Positions 23,741-36,984 of a stretch of DNA of 64,000 bases are shown here, one piece after another. Position 1 is the stretch's first letter. Every line of letters begins with the position of its first letter. Made by a program: the position numbers and the translations under genes. Origin of the DNA: Squalus acanthias (taxonomy: Eukaryota); NCBI GenBank assembly GCA_030390025.1, contig CM059438.1, positions 53,322,001 to 53,386,000 of the forward strand, written 5' to 3'. The notes under the pieces were generated by a model. It searched no databases and was not told the DNA's origin. It was given only the letters and a program-made list of their open reading frames with translations.

Positions 23741-24418
23741 GGGTTATATTTTGAGACCCGTACGAGTGCGTACGAGGTGCACACACGCCCGTAGGGGCTG
23801 TGTAAGTTCCGGGTTTAAGCATGAGAAGTGCATGCACTGAAACCCAGCACTTGTGATCTGTCAAGAATTGGACAGATCCTCCGCGGGAGAAGGGCCTCCG
23901 CGGGTGGAGAGTTGTGCAAGCTTCCGCCCGCTGAATGCCTGTCAAATTCTTACGCCTGGGCCTGCTTTTACCATCATAAGAGTTTTAAAAAATAGAACAA
24001 TAAAATGTTATCACTCATTTCTAAATTTAAAATAATCTTCAAAAAGGTAAGTTTATTTTTAGCCCCGTAAAAACATTGTTTAAAATATTTAATTAAATGG
24101 CATTTTAATTAATCTGTTTTTTTTTTATTTATTTCATGTGTTGGTGTATTTTTTAAGTGATCCCCATTCATACTTACGACAGTTCCATACATACAGAACT
24201 GTCAAAAGTATGAATGGGGATTCCCATCTTCCATTGGTTGGGCCAGCCCACGTGATCCCAGGAGCACCTACGAATCGCTTGCGCCCCTGGGATGAGTGGG
24301 GCTCTGCCCGCGCAGACACACAGAGGCCCAGGATTGCAAGCCTCCGTACCTCCTGGGTCACCAGGTGCTTTCGTAGACATTTTACAGGTCAGAGGCGTCC
24401 GATCACAAATGTTGGCCC
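23741..24418. mobile_element. Harbinger-type MITE related to 20712-21477, opposite orientation
   Basis: ATG on both flanks and imperfect GGG...CCC TIRs. Shares CCCACGTGATCCCAGG and the hairpin segment with the 20.7 kb copy in reverse complement. Confidence 0.65.
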
Positions 24419-25260
24419 ATGGGCTATCAAACCTGCTATAGACATGGACTATCAAACCTGCTGTAGACATGGACTATCAAACCTGCTATAGACATGGACT
24501 ATCAAACCTGCTGTAGACATGGGCCATCAAACCTGCTGTAGACATGGACTATCAAACCTGCTGTAGACATGGACTATCAAACCTGCTGTAGACATGGGCG
24601 ATCAAACCTGCTGTAGACATGGACTATCAAACCTGCTGTAGACATGGACTATCAAACCTGCTGTAGACATGGGCGATCAAACCTGCTATAGACATGGACT
24701 ATCAAACCTGCTATAGACATGGACCATCAAACCTGCTGTAGACATGGACTATCAAACCTGCTATAGACATGGACCATCAAACCTGCTGTAGACATGGACT
24801 ATCAAACCTGCTATAGACATGGACTATCAAACCTGCTATAGACATGGACTATCAAACCTGCTGTAGACATGGACTATCAAACCTGCTATAGACATGGACT
24901 ATCAAACCTGCTATAGACATGGACTATCAAACCTGCTGTAGACATGGACTATCAAACCTGCTGTAGACATGGACTATCAAACCTGCTGTAGACATGGACT
25001 ATCAAACCTGCTATAGACATGGACTATCAAACCTGCTGTAGACATGGACTATCAAACCTGCTATAGACATGGACTATCAAACCTACTGTAGACATGGACC
25101 ATCAAACCTGCTATAGACATGGACCATCAAACCTGCTATAGACATGGACCATCAAACCTGCTATAGACATGGACTATCAAACCTGCTGTAGACATGGACT
25201 ATCAAACCTGCTGTAGACATGGGCCATCAAACCTGCTATAGACATGGACTATCAAACCTG
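24419..25260. repeat. 25-bp minisatellite (ATCAAACCTGCTRTAGACATGGACT), about 33 copies
   Basis: Direct tandem repetition; one further unit lies at ~23708-23740 on the far side of the MITE. Confidence 0.97.
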
Positions 25261-25658
25261 GGGGAGCAGTGGGTTTGGGCAGTAGGCTCGGGGCTGTGGG
25301 GGAGCAGTGGGTTTGGTGAAGTAGGCTCGGGGCTGTGGGAGCAGTGGGTTTGGGGAAGTAGGCTCGGGGCTGTGGAAGAGCAGTGGGTTTGGGGAAGTAG
25401 GCTCGGGGCTGGGGGAGCAGTGGGTTTGGGGAAGTAGGCTCGGGGCTTGGGGGAGCAGTGGGTTTGGGGAAGTAGGCGCGGGGCTGTGGGGGAGCAGTGG
25501 GTTTGGGGAGGTAGGCTCGGTGCTGGGGAAGAGCAGTGGGTTTGGGGAAGTAGGCTCGGGGCTGTGGGGGAGCAGTGGGTTTGGGGAAGTAGGCTCGGGG
25601 CTGGGGGACCAGTGGGTTTGGGGAAGTAGGCTCGGTGCTGGGGAAGAGCAGTGGGTTT
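25261..25658. repeat. ~38-bp G-rich minisatellite (GAGCAGTGGGTTTGGGGAAGTAGGCTCGGGGCTGTGGG), about 10 copies
   Basis: Direct tandem repetition abutting the 25-bp array. Confidence 0.95.
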
Positions 25659-25679
25659 ACGCGGTCCAGGTTCACAGGA

Positions 25680-28600
25680 ATTAAAGGCAGCACCTGAGGT
25701 TGATAAGGCTGTAAGAAATAAAGCTAATGGAATTCTAGTTATTATCACAAGAGGTGTGGAATACAAAAGCCAAGAGGAAATGGCGAGCCTGTATCAAACA
25801 TTAATGAGACCTCAGTTAGAGTGCAGCGTGCAGCATTGGGCACTACACTATAGGAAGGATATTGAGCGGGTGCAGTGCAGATTCACCCGGATGTTGCCTA
25901 GTATGAAGAAATATAAATATTAAGAAAGATTTGAAAGTACTCACGGAGAAGGTTGATGAGGGTGGTGTGGTTGATGTTGTGTATATGGACTTTCAAAAGG
26001 CGTCTGATAAAGTACCACATATTAGGCTTGTCAGCAAAATTAAAGCCCATGGGATTAAGGGGACAGTGGCATTGTGGATACGAAATTGGCTAAGGGGCAG
26101 AAAACAGAGTAGTGGTGAACGGTTGTTTTTCAGACAGGAGGAAAGTGTGCAGTGGTGTTCCCCAGGAGTCGGTCCTGGGAACACTGCTCTTTTTGATATA
26201 TTTTAATGACCTGGACTCAGGTATACAGGGCATAATTTCAAAGTTTGTAGATGACACAAAACTCAGAAATGTAGGCCGCGATTTTACTTACCTCAGCAGG
26301 TCTGTGGCGGGCGTTGTCGGTGGCGGGTCCCGACCCCGCTGTTGGCTCCATCCTGCTGTGTAAAATGACTTTCTGTTGATGGGGCTTGTTAAGCCTGCCC
26401 AGCGCGTTTCCTGGCCCAATTAGAGGAAGCGGGTCTGGTGACATAATTTCATGACGCGTCATCAGCCGGTTTCCTTAAAGGGACCATGGCCACATTTGTC
26501 TTGACATTTGTGCTGTCAGTGCTCTACAGCATTGAGGTGCTGCAAACACTGACAATGACTGCACAAAGGCACAGGGCTGCACCCAGGTTCTCCCATGACT
26601 CCCTCCATATGCTTATAGAGGGAGTCACAGCACACAGGGAGGTCCTCTTCCCTTCCCATGGGCAGAAGAGACCTCCCCAGGAGATCAACGCAGCCTGGTT
26701 GCACATTGCAGAGGAGGGCACAAGCAGGGATGTGGTCAGGAGGACCTGTGTGCAGTGCTGCAAACGTTTCAATGATCTCAGAAATGTTACTGCAAAGCCA
26801 CACTCAACCTAATCCTGCTGTGCCTCTCATCACATCCTCATCACTCTGCCTTCCCTACCCTACTCCTGCACATCCTTACTCACACCAACTTACCTTGTAC
26901 CTCCACCCATCCCTCTTTATCTACATTAGCACTTCCCCATCTCACTAGCCACCCCTCACACTCACCCTCATCCTAGTGCAATCATACCAACTAACAACAC
27001 ACAAGAGTAGGCACTTGGGTGTTTTATCCAATGTTCATGTAAAATTTCTGTTAATGTGCTGTCAAACATTGAAACCTTTATTTTCAACACTTTGTGTTCT
27101 TGGACAGATTTGTGTGCACCTTTAGAAGTGGCTTAGTGAGTTGCAGTAAATGGTGAGACATAACGGTACCCCCCGCAATGGTGAGGAGTGTGAAAGGAAT
27201 GGCTTGGGCATTGTAGGGATGCTTTATGGTGCTGGTGTGGGGTGGTGCCAACCTGGCGCATCATTTGGCAGCCAGGGTGTACAGCGTCAAGTGAAGTAAA
27301 TCTGGCCATGGTGAGGCCATCCCTGGCCTTCTGGGCAGCAATGTGCTCGGGTGCTGATGCCCTCTGTCCTGTGTAGCAACAGTTGATTGAGGAGAAGGTT
27401 GGTGTTGTTGTTGGTGCTGCTGGTGTGCCTGGTGCTGCTGGTGTTGGGGCTGATCGTGCTGGGATTCTGAGGACCAAGGTGAGAGAGTATAAAGGGCACC
27501 CATATTGATGGAATAGATGGCAGGTGAAGTAGAGATGACAGAAGTATTCTGTCAATGGTGAGAGAATGGTGAGAGAGTTCTTCCAATGAGGTGAGAGCGG
27601 TTGGACAGTGGAAAGTGGAAAGCCAGCAGAATGTGTGCTGGAAATGGAATGAGAAAAAGCTTCTGCCTGAGGAAAGTGAATATCTGTCAGTTGGGAGCTT
27701 TTACTGCACATTTGAAGCTGTCAAGTAATCAGCTGGAGCAATGGCCACTGAACTCCCGCCTCAGCTTGACAGCCATGTTCTGCGCACAGCGGGGATCCCG
27801 TGGTCATGAAGTTAAAGACAAAAGGTAAGTGAAAAAATGCTGTTAAGCATCTGGCAACGAGATGCTTATCACTTTAATTGGGTCCCCCGCTGCTGCCGGT
27901 CGGGTCTGCTGAGCGTTGACAGACCCAACATTGGAAAAGGCGGCGGGTCCCGACCCGCTGTCAAAAAAAAACACTTTCCCACCCGACCCGCCACCGATTG
28001 CGCCCGCTGACCCCCAGAAAATTCCGGCCGTAGTAAACAGTGAGGAGGATAGTAACAGACTTCAGGAGGACATAGACAGACTGGTGAAATGGGCAGACAC
28101 ATGGCAGATGAAATTTAATGCAGAGAAGTGTGAAGTGATATACTTTGGTAGGAAGAATGAGGAGAGGCAATATAAACTAAATGGTACAATTTTAAAGGGT
28201 GTGCAGGAACATAGAGCGTGTCTGTACATAAATCTTTAATTTGACAGGACAAGTTGAGAAGGCTGTTAATAAAGCATATGGGATCCTTGGTTTTATAAAC
28301 AGAGGCATAAAATAGAAAAGCAAGGAAGTTATGCTGAACCGTTATAAATCACTGGCTAGGCCTCAGCTGGAGGATTGTGTTCACTTCTGGGCATCACACT
28401 TCAGGAAGGATGTCAAGGCCTTTAGAGAGGGTGTAGAGGAGATTGACTAGAATGGTACCAGGGATGCAGGACTTCAGTTATGTGGAGAGACTGGAGAAGT
28501 TGGGATGGTTCTCCTTAGAGCAGAGAAAGTTAAGAAGATATTTGATAGAGGTGTTCAAAATCATGAACAGTTTTGATAAGAGTAAATAAGGAGAAACTTG

Positions 28601-28800
28601 TGGTGGAAACAGATTCAATTATAACTTTCAAAATGGAATTTGATAAATACTTGAAGGGCAAAAATTTGCAGGGCTATGGGGAAAGAGCAGGGAAGTGGGA
28701 CTAATTGGAGAGCTCTTTCAAAGAGCCGACACAGGTACAATGGGCCGAATGGCCTCCTTCTGTGCTGTATCATTCTGTGATTCTATGATTCTATGATTCT
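25680..28800 (+). mobile_element. Degraded CR1 fragments; the copy at 25940-28800 is split by a Harbinger element
   Basis: VYMDFQKA, GVPQ.SVLG and DDTKL before 26273. VNSEED..RLQEDID resumes at 28030 and ends in an (ATTCTATG)n tail at ~28800. Confidence 0.85.
26274..28029. mobile_element. PIF/Harbinger deletion derivative with a Myb/SANT-like gene remnant
   Basis: TIRs GGCCGCGATTTT and AAAATTCCGGCC (10/12), GTA duplication; removal restores the CR1 frame. ORF 26486-26812 reads RAAPRFS..L..LIEGV...LF...W..IA...R...QC.KRFNDL. Confidence 0.8.
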
Positions 28801-29723
28801 GTGTATGTATTTCTATGCATGCTACCCCCCAGTGAGAGGCAGCCCCAGGGTGGCTGTGCTACACCGTCTTATCTGGCCCATGGTGTGTGTAATGGCAGCC
28901 AATTGATAACTTAGATGTAATGTCAAGGATGTGGAAAATACATCAGCCAATAACATAACAGGACACACCATCTAACAACTGCCACATTATCAAACAAAGA
29001 TCCAAAGTTGTTAATTAAGAACAAAGAGACAATTGTAAGGTTAATTATTTGCAACTTCCGTTCGTTCGAGCTCTGAAAGTTATTGATGGAATGTGTTTAT
29101 CCTGTTTTAAGCCCCATTCCTGAATGTCTCAGAATGGAAGTATTGGAGCCTGGGAGCTCCCTTGTGTATTTTACCCTCAATCAGTCGAGTAGTTCGGAGC
29201 CAAAAGAGACATTGAACGTCACATGCTGATGAATTACAGAGTGAGAGATTGTAACTAAGTTCGTGCCCACACTTCAGAACCAAACCCCAGCCACAGTTCT
29301 GCCTTCTCTGCTTTGATCCTAGTATCAGTGGACTGGGTCCCATCACCAATGTGTTGGGCTCAAGCATGAAGGGAGATGCAATTTAAACCCCAGTAAAGCT
29401 GGGCCTGGGGGGTTTGGAAGGAGAGACAGATTTAACAGCAGAAACTCGAAGAGCCAACTCCCAGAATCCAAATTAAAAGGTCAATGCTAGAAGCTTGGAA
29501 CACTGTTAGTCATGAAACACATTTGGAGATTTCCAGGAAGGGTGATGAACTGGGTAAACAATGACCCAGAAATGCTGCATACTTTAAAGGAATCTTATAC
29601 TGGAAGCATGATCACAGAATTAAAGAATTTACAGCACAGAAAGAAGCCATTCGGCCAATGCCACCTCTTTATCTGGCGCTGTCTACTCCAGTCCCATTTC
29701 CCTGCCCTTTATCCACATCCTCT

Positions 29724-30411
29724 CATAGAGTCATAGAGTCATAGATTTATACAACACAGAAAGAGGCCCTTCGGCCCATCATGTCCGCACCGGCCATCAA
29801 GCCCTATCTATTCTAATCCCATTTTCCAGCACTTGGTCCGTAGCCTTGTATGTTATGGCATTTCAAGTGCTCATCTAAATGCTTCTTGAATGTTGTGAGA
29901 GTTCCTGCCTCTACCACCCTTTCAGGCAGTGAGTTCCAGATTCCAACCACCCTCATGGTGAAAAAGTTTTTCCTCAAATCCCCTCTAAACCTCCTGCCCC
30001 TTACCTTGAAACTATGCCCCCTGGTTATTGACCCCTCTACCAAGGGGAAAAGTTCCTTTCTATCTACCCTATCTATGCCCCTCATAATTTTGTACACCTC
30101 AATCAGGTCCCCCCTCAACCTTCTCTGCTCTAAGGAAAACAACCCCAGCCTGTCCAGTCTCTCTTCATAGCTGAAGCACTCCAGCCCAGGTAACATCCTG
30201 GTGAATCTCCTCTGCACCCTCTCCAATGCAATCACATCCTTCCTATAGTGTGGCGACCAGAACTGCACACAGTATTCCAGCTGTGGCCTAACTAGCGTTT
30301 TGTACAGCTCCATCATAACCTTCCTGCTCTTATATTCTATGCCTCGGCTAATGAAGGCAAGTATCCCATATGTCTTCTTAATCACCTTATCTACCTGTCC
30401 TGCTGCCTTCA
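29724..30411 (-). mobile_element. CR1 3' fragment
   Basis: LVRPQLEYCVQFWSP, LERVQRRFTRM and TRGH motifs; (CATAGAGT)n tail on the plus strand. Confidence 0.9.
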
Positions 30412-30412
30412 G

Positions 30413-30615
30413 GGCTCCCAGTGGGGAGTGAGACACACAGACAGGCAGTGCTGATTCTCTCCCCGAGCTCTCTGTGAGTGTGGCTCCCAGTGGGGAGTGA
30501 GACACACAGACAGGCAGTGCTGATTCTGCCCCACTGTCTCTCTGGGTGTGGCTCCCAGTGGGGAGTGAGGCACACAGTGACAGGCAGTGCTGATTCTCTC
30601 CCCGAGCTCTCTGCA
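30413..30615. repeat. ~69-bp tandem repeat, 3 copies
   Basis: GGCTCCCAGTGGGGAGTGAG...CAGGCAGTGCTGATTCT at ~30413, ~30482 and ~30550. Confidence 0.9.
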
Positions 30616-32459
30616 GGGAGAGTGAAATCGCTGAATTTAGCCTCACATATTCGAATGAAATGTTGTAAAATTGATTTGTATTAAATGGATTGAAGTGCAA
30701 ACTCTACAAACAGTCCCTTCTCTCAAGCGTTCTATAAATTCCTGGTTCATGGTTGCGATTCCTGGCACCCGCTGTTTCTCAGATCTTGGATGTTGCTGGA
30801 TTTGTTCTGCTTGCAGTGTGAGGACACTGGTGAAACTGCCTGGGAAGCTTTTATGACCGTCCGTCCTTATTTATTGTCACTCCACCAACCTGGTAACACT
30901 TTAATATCTGGCCCTGTGTCTCCCATCACTTATCTTGTTTGGCTTGGGCTCAGGTGATCCCTTGCTCTTTACCTTATTTGACAAGATATCAGGTCTCAAT
31001 CAATACTGAGTCCAATTCCATTTCAGAACCACATGTTTCAAATGGAATTTTAATTAGGTCTGATCAAAGGCCTATAATTATTCAAGAAGGTTGTTATACT
31101 TTCCAGACTTTTATAAAGATAGAAATATGTATCTTTGACTGGCAAATAAAACGCTAAGAGCTGCCTTCAAATGCCTGGCTCTAAAAGTACAAAAATACAC
31201 CTTCAAAAACAGACACACAGCAAGAGGCAATACAAGTCAACCTTTCAGGCGTTTATCATTCCTTCATAAACAATTTAATCAGGTTGGAAAAGTGGAAAAA
31301 AGGGCCGGGGAGAAACAACACATATTCCCATCAGAGAGGAAGTCAGTGAGTTGGATTTCTGTTTAACAGAATACTATCAGCTGATGGAAAGGGATTTTAA
31401 AAAACCTGCAAAAGATTGTGCAGCTTCGTGACCAGAAAACTCACACTTATTCTGGTGTGAGTTCTACAGTCATGTATTTAGAGTGCATGACAGAATTGAG
31501 AGGAACAGGAGTAGGCGATTCAGCCCCTCGAGCCTGTTCCACTATTAAATTAGATCTGGTCTGTACCTAAACTCCATTATTTATTTCTTTTTGCCATAAA
31601 ATGGCATCTCTGTGGGTAGGTCGGGTACTTCAACAACGTGTCTGAGCCCAGCCTCTGGACAGTAATCCTCCGGCATTTCTTTTATCACATAGGCTCTATC
31701 ACTGGGGGGCTCAGGGCCCCTCCCCATGCTGCACGTGCTGAGATTGCTGCTTTGATTCATAGTAGACCTGCCCATCAGCTTTAGTCTAAAGCTAAATGTT
31801 TTAGAAAGAACTTTACCACAGCTCTCAGGACATCCCAAATGCTTCACATCCAATGAACAACTTTCAAGTCCAGCCACTGTTGTTATGTAGACAATGATTC
31901 GCACACCGCAAGAACTCACAAACAGCAAATGAGATGAGTGACTGGGACATCCGCGTTTGGTTGAAGGTAAAACATTGGCCAGGATTAGCTCCTCACCATT
32001 TTCAGTTACTGCCGGGGTAACTCTGGCAGTACTGCATAGACTGGGGAATGTATAGCCACTTTATATAATGGCCACTCCATGGGTAGGTAGGATACAGTTA
32101 TATGAAAATTGGTTCACAATAAGGCATAAACACACAATCACATCCTTCACTTGCCATAGTTGTAACTTGCAGACTGTCCCACATTAGGAGCTGGATCTAG
32201 CCTTCACTAAACAACTGGGCTGTGTGCCATGTGGCATTTTTAACAGAATGGAGCCCTGCTTTATAAGAAGTTCCACTCAAGCCACAGATGTTAATGGTGT
32301 ACAAACATCTTAACCAGTGCTCCTGTACGGAGAACATTAGCCTCCTAACAATCTATGGTGCAAAAGTAACCCCTTGCTTGTTATAGGAGTATGAATGACA
32401 CCCACACTCCATCTCAATCCTTTCTGAAGGGATACTGAAGTGACTCTGCTGCCAGTACC

Positions 32460-32900
32460 TTAACTTGCACCAAGACCGGCTCACCCATCACGCCTGTGCG
32501 CTCTGGCCTGTATTGGTTCCTGATCCACTAATGCCTCAATTTTAAAATTCTCATTCTCATGTTCAAATCCCTCCATGGCCTCGCCCCTCCCTACCTCTGT
32601 AACCTCCTCCAGCCATACAACCCTCCGAGAACGCTGCATTACTTCAGCTCTAGCCCTTGTGCATCCCTCACTTCCTTCACCCCACTATTGGCAGCCGTGC
32701 CTTCAGCTCTCTAGGTCCTGAGCTCTGGATCTCCCTCTCTAAATCTCTCCGCATCACTACCTCTCTCTCCTCCTTTAAAATGTTTCTTAAAACCTACCTC
32801 TTTGACCAAGCTTTTGGTCACCTCTCCTAATATCTCCTTCTGCTCTGTGTCAATTTTTTGTCTGATTACACTCCTCTGAAGTTGGGACGTTTTACTACTT
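32460..32900 (+). mobile_element. L2 LINE 3' fragment
   Basis: Similar to 16015-16460 (CCCATCAC, AAATTCTC, AAAACCTACCTCTTTGACCAAGC). Confidence 0.8.
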
Positions 32901-32901
32901 T

Positions 32902-35520
32902 AGAATCATAGAATCATAGAATGGCTACAGCACAGAAGAAGGCCATTCGGCCCATCGAGCCCGTGCTGGCTCTCTGCAAGAGCACTTCAGCTAGTCCCAC
33001 TCCCCTGCCCTTTCCCCATTGCCCTGCAATTTTTTTTCCTTCAGGTACTTATCCAACTCCCTTTTGAAAGCTGTGATTGAATCTGCCTCCACCACCCTTT
33101 CAGGCAGTGCATTCCAGATCTTAACCACTCGCTGCATAAAAAGTTTTTTCTTATGTTGCCTTTGGTTCTGTTGCCAATCACCTTAAATCTGTGCCCTCTG
33201 GTTCTCGAGCCTTCAACTTTGCTGGCAAGCCTATTATGTGGCACTTTGTCGAACGCCTATTGGAAATCCATGTACACCACATCAACCGCATTGCCCTCAT
33301 CAACCCTCTCTATTACCTCATCAAAAAACTCGATCAAGTTGGTTAAACACGATTTGCCTTTAACAAATCCGTGCTGGCTCTCCTTAATTAATCCACACTT
33401 GTCCAAGTGACTGTTAATTTTGTCCCTGATTATTGTTTCTAAAAGCTTCCCCACTACCGAGGTTAAACTGACTGGCCGATATTTGCTGGGTTTATCTTTA
33501 CACCCTTTTTTGAACAAGGGTGTAACATTTGCAATTCTCCAGTCCTCTGGCACCACCTCAATTTCTAAGGAGGATTGGAAGATTATGGCTAGTACCTCCG
33601 TAATTTCTTCCTTAAATTCCCTCAGCATCCTAGGATGCATCCCATCCGGTCCTGGTGACTTATCTACTTTAAGTACAGCCAGCCTTTCTAGTACCTCGTC
33701 TTTATCAATTCTTATCCCATCAAGTATCTCCTCTACCTCCTCCTTTACTATGTCTATGGCAGCATCTTCTTCGTTGGTGAAGACAGATGCAAAGTACTTG
33801 TTTAGTACCTCAGCCATACCCTCTGCCTCCATGCGTAGGTCTCCTTTTTGGTCCCTAATCAGCCCTACCCCTCCTCTTACTACCCATTTACTATTTATAT
33901 GCCTATAGAAGACTTTTGGATTACCTTTTATATTGGCTGCCATTCTATTCTCATGCCCTCTCTTTGCCCCTCTTCAGGAAAGGAGGGAGAGAATAAACAG
34001 GGAACTACAGGCCAGTTAGCCTGACATCAGTCGTCGGGAAAATGCTGGAATCCATTGTTAAGGAAGTGGTATCAAGTCACTTAGAAAATTATAATATGAT
34101 TAGGGAGAATCAACATGGTTTTATGAAAGGGAAATCGTGTTTGACAAATTTATTAGAGGATGTAACTAGCAGGGTAGATAAAGGGGAACCAGTAGATGTA
34201 TATTTGGATTTCCAAAAGGCATTCGATAAGGTACCACATAAAAGATTATTACACAAAATTAGGGCTCATGAGGTTGGGGGTAATTTAGTAGCATTTTGAT
34301 AGAGGATTGGTTAACGGGCAGAAAACAGAGAGTAGGGATAAACGGATCTTTTTCAGGTTGGCAGGCTGTAACTAGTGGGGTGCCGCAAGGATCAGTGTTG
34401 GGGCCTCAGCTATTTACAATCTATATTAATGACCTAGATGAAGGGACCGAGTGTAATGTATCCAAGTTTGCTGATGATACAAAGCTAGGTGGGACAGTAA
34501 GCTGTGAGGAGAACACAAAGAGGCTGCAAAGGAATATAGATAGACTAAGTGAGTGGGCAGAGAGATTTGGGTGTCCTCGTGCAAGAAACACAGAAAGCTA
34601 GCATGCAGGTACAGCAAGCAATAAGGAAGGCAAATGGCATGTTGGCCTTTATTGCAAGGGGGTTGGCGTATAAGAGTAAGGAAGTCTTGCTACAATTGTA
34701 CAGGGCCTTGGTGAGACCACACCTGGAGTACTGTGCACAGTTTGGGTCTCCTTATCTAAGGAAGGATATACTTGCCTTGGAGGCAGTGCAACAAAGGTTC
34801 ACCAGATTGATTCCTGGGATGAGAGGGCTGTCCTATGATGAGAGATTGTGTAGAATGGGCCTATACTCTCTGGAGTTTAGAAGAATGAGAGGTGATCTCA
34901 TTGAAACATATAAGATTCTGAAGGGGATTGATAGGGTAGATGCTGAGAGGTTGTTTCCCCTGGCTGGAGTGTCTGGAACTGGGGGGCATAGTCTCAGGAT
35001 AAGGGGTAGGCCATTTAAGACTGAGATGAGGAGGAATTTCTTCACTCAGAGGGTTGTGAATCTTTGGAATTCTCTGCCCCAGAGGGCTGTGGATGCTGAG
35101 TCTTTGAGTATATTCAGGGCTGAGATAGATAGATTTTTGGACTCATGGGGAATCAAGGGATATGGAGATCGGGCGGGAAGATGGAGTTGAGGTCGATGAT
35201 CAGCCATTGAATGGCGGAGCAGGCTTGAGGGGCCGTATGGCCGACTCCTGCTCCTAATTCTTATGTTCTTATTTTCTTTTTCACTTCTTCTCTGAACTTC
35301 CTTTATTTAGCCTGATTCTCAGATGCATTCTTGACCTGATGTCTGTCATACGCGCTCTTTTTCTGCTTCATCTTACTCTCTATCTCTTTCGTCATCCAGG
35401 GAGCCCTGACTTTAGTTGCCCTGCCTTTCCCCCTGGTGGGAATGTACCTCGACTGCACCTGAACTATTTCCTCTTTAAAGGCAGCCCATTGTTCCACTAC
35501 AGTTTTGTCTGCCAATCTTT
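32902..35520 (-). mobile_element. CR1 (minus) with an internal deletion, interrupted by a plus-strand CR1
   Basis: ORF 33257-33943 (KSPGPDG, YRPVSL, VYMDFQ). Sequence resumes at 35271-35520; (CATAGAAT)n tail at ~32902. Confidence 0.85.
33975..35270 (+). mobile_element. Nested CR1 (HER1-like) 3' half
   Basis: RT motifs in ORFs 34042-35190 and a TTCTTATGTTCTT tail. Confidence 0.9.
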
Positions 35521-35870
35521 AAAGGCTCTATATAATGCAAGTTGTTTTAGGAGTATGAGAGGATATTGGTGTCGAGCCAATGGCAGGCAGACTCTGCAGG
35601 GAGAGGCGAGGGAGCTCTTTCCCATCAGGCTGAAGAGGAATGTTGGGTTGTACCAAAATAAGCTGCAATGATTTAAACAAACCCGCAAGAAATCAAAGGC
35701 AGTGTGGGTTGATTACACCAGGAGGTAATTCGGTCAGAAGTTCCTTGCTGGGTCTGAGGATCTAAGGGTCAAGAGATAGGATACCCCAAATACTCAGCTT
35801 ATTACTAAGTGTTTAAGCTTTCGAGAAGATCATTTATGAAATGAATGGTGGAGACTTTTCCGCACACATT

Positions 35871-36188
35871 GTACATGGTCAGGGAAATGGGCAGCGAGCA
35901 GCGACACAGTGTACATGGTCAGGGAAATGGACAGCGAACAGCGACACAGTGTACATGGTCAGGGAAATGGGCAGCGAGCAGCGACACAGTGTACATGGTC
36001 AGGGAAATGGACAGCGAACAGCGACACAGTGTACATGGTCAGGGAAATGGACAGCGAACAGCGACACAGTGTACATGGTCAGGGAAATGGACAGCGAACA
36101 GCGACACAGTGTACATGGTCAGGGAAATGGACAGCGAACAGCGACACAGTGTACATGGTCAGGGAAATGGACAGCGAGCAGCGACACA
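35871..36188. repeat. 40-bp minisatellite (GTACATGGTCAGGGAAATGGACAGCGAACAGCGACACAGT), 8 copies
   Basis: Direct tandem repetition. Confidence 0.97.
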
Positions 36189-36984
36189 AGTCGGAATGTC
36201 GAAGATTCCGTTCTTCCTAATGATGAATAATACATTCGTATAACTCGCTGCCAAAGAAGTTGTTTCTGTCAAACAACTGTTGTTTAAACACGCAGACCAG
36301 TTTACTAGGTTCATTCAGAAACAGCCGCGGTTTCCAGTTCGTATTTCCCAAGTTACCCTCACAAAATGAAAATGACACAGAACACAACAACCCATTTTAT
36401 AATTAATAGCGTAACTATTGATGGAGTGGAATATTACACATTACACTGAGTTATTCGCTTCTCGTTTAGTAAATTCTTATCAACGAATTAGTGCTGTACA
36501 AAGCATTGTATACAAAGAAACGTCTTTCATACAGAAAGCAAGAAAGCGAACATGATCGGGGTTCGACGGCAGATAATCTCATTCCTGATAAACGGAGCAA
36601 CATTTCAGTAAATGAAACTTATACACTAAATGATTCTAACTAGAAAAACAAATAAACCCGACATGGTAAAGTGTTTATTTTATGATATAATCTAAGACTT
36701 GAGAGTGTGTGTTATTTACATTATGACATTATCTAAAACTGGGGAGTGATGTATCATTTATGTTAAAATATAATCTGCGATGGGGGAGTGATGTATAATT
36801 TCGCTCACCATATACCAATGTTTAAAAGTAACTAAAGAAATTACACAAGATCCAACACTGAACCAAGCAAAGCAATGACAAATACAAAGTTTATCTGTAA
36901 AATTCCAGAGTCTGCAAGCTTTCTTTCTGAGCAAGTGCTGCTTCGCTCTCCGCCTATTTATCCGGGATGCTGTCCCGTTCCTAA

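Noticed and set aside
24419..25260. CRISPR-like array (also considered for the 35871-36188 and 50188-51025 arrays)
   Set aside because: Head-to-tail units with no unique spacers, no cas genes, and a vertebrate context.
29813..30700. 295-aa ORF as a novel chimeric gene
   Set aside because: It is a chance in-frame read through unique DNA, a 69-bp repeat and a CR1 ORF2 tail.
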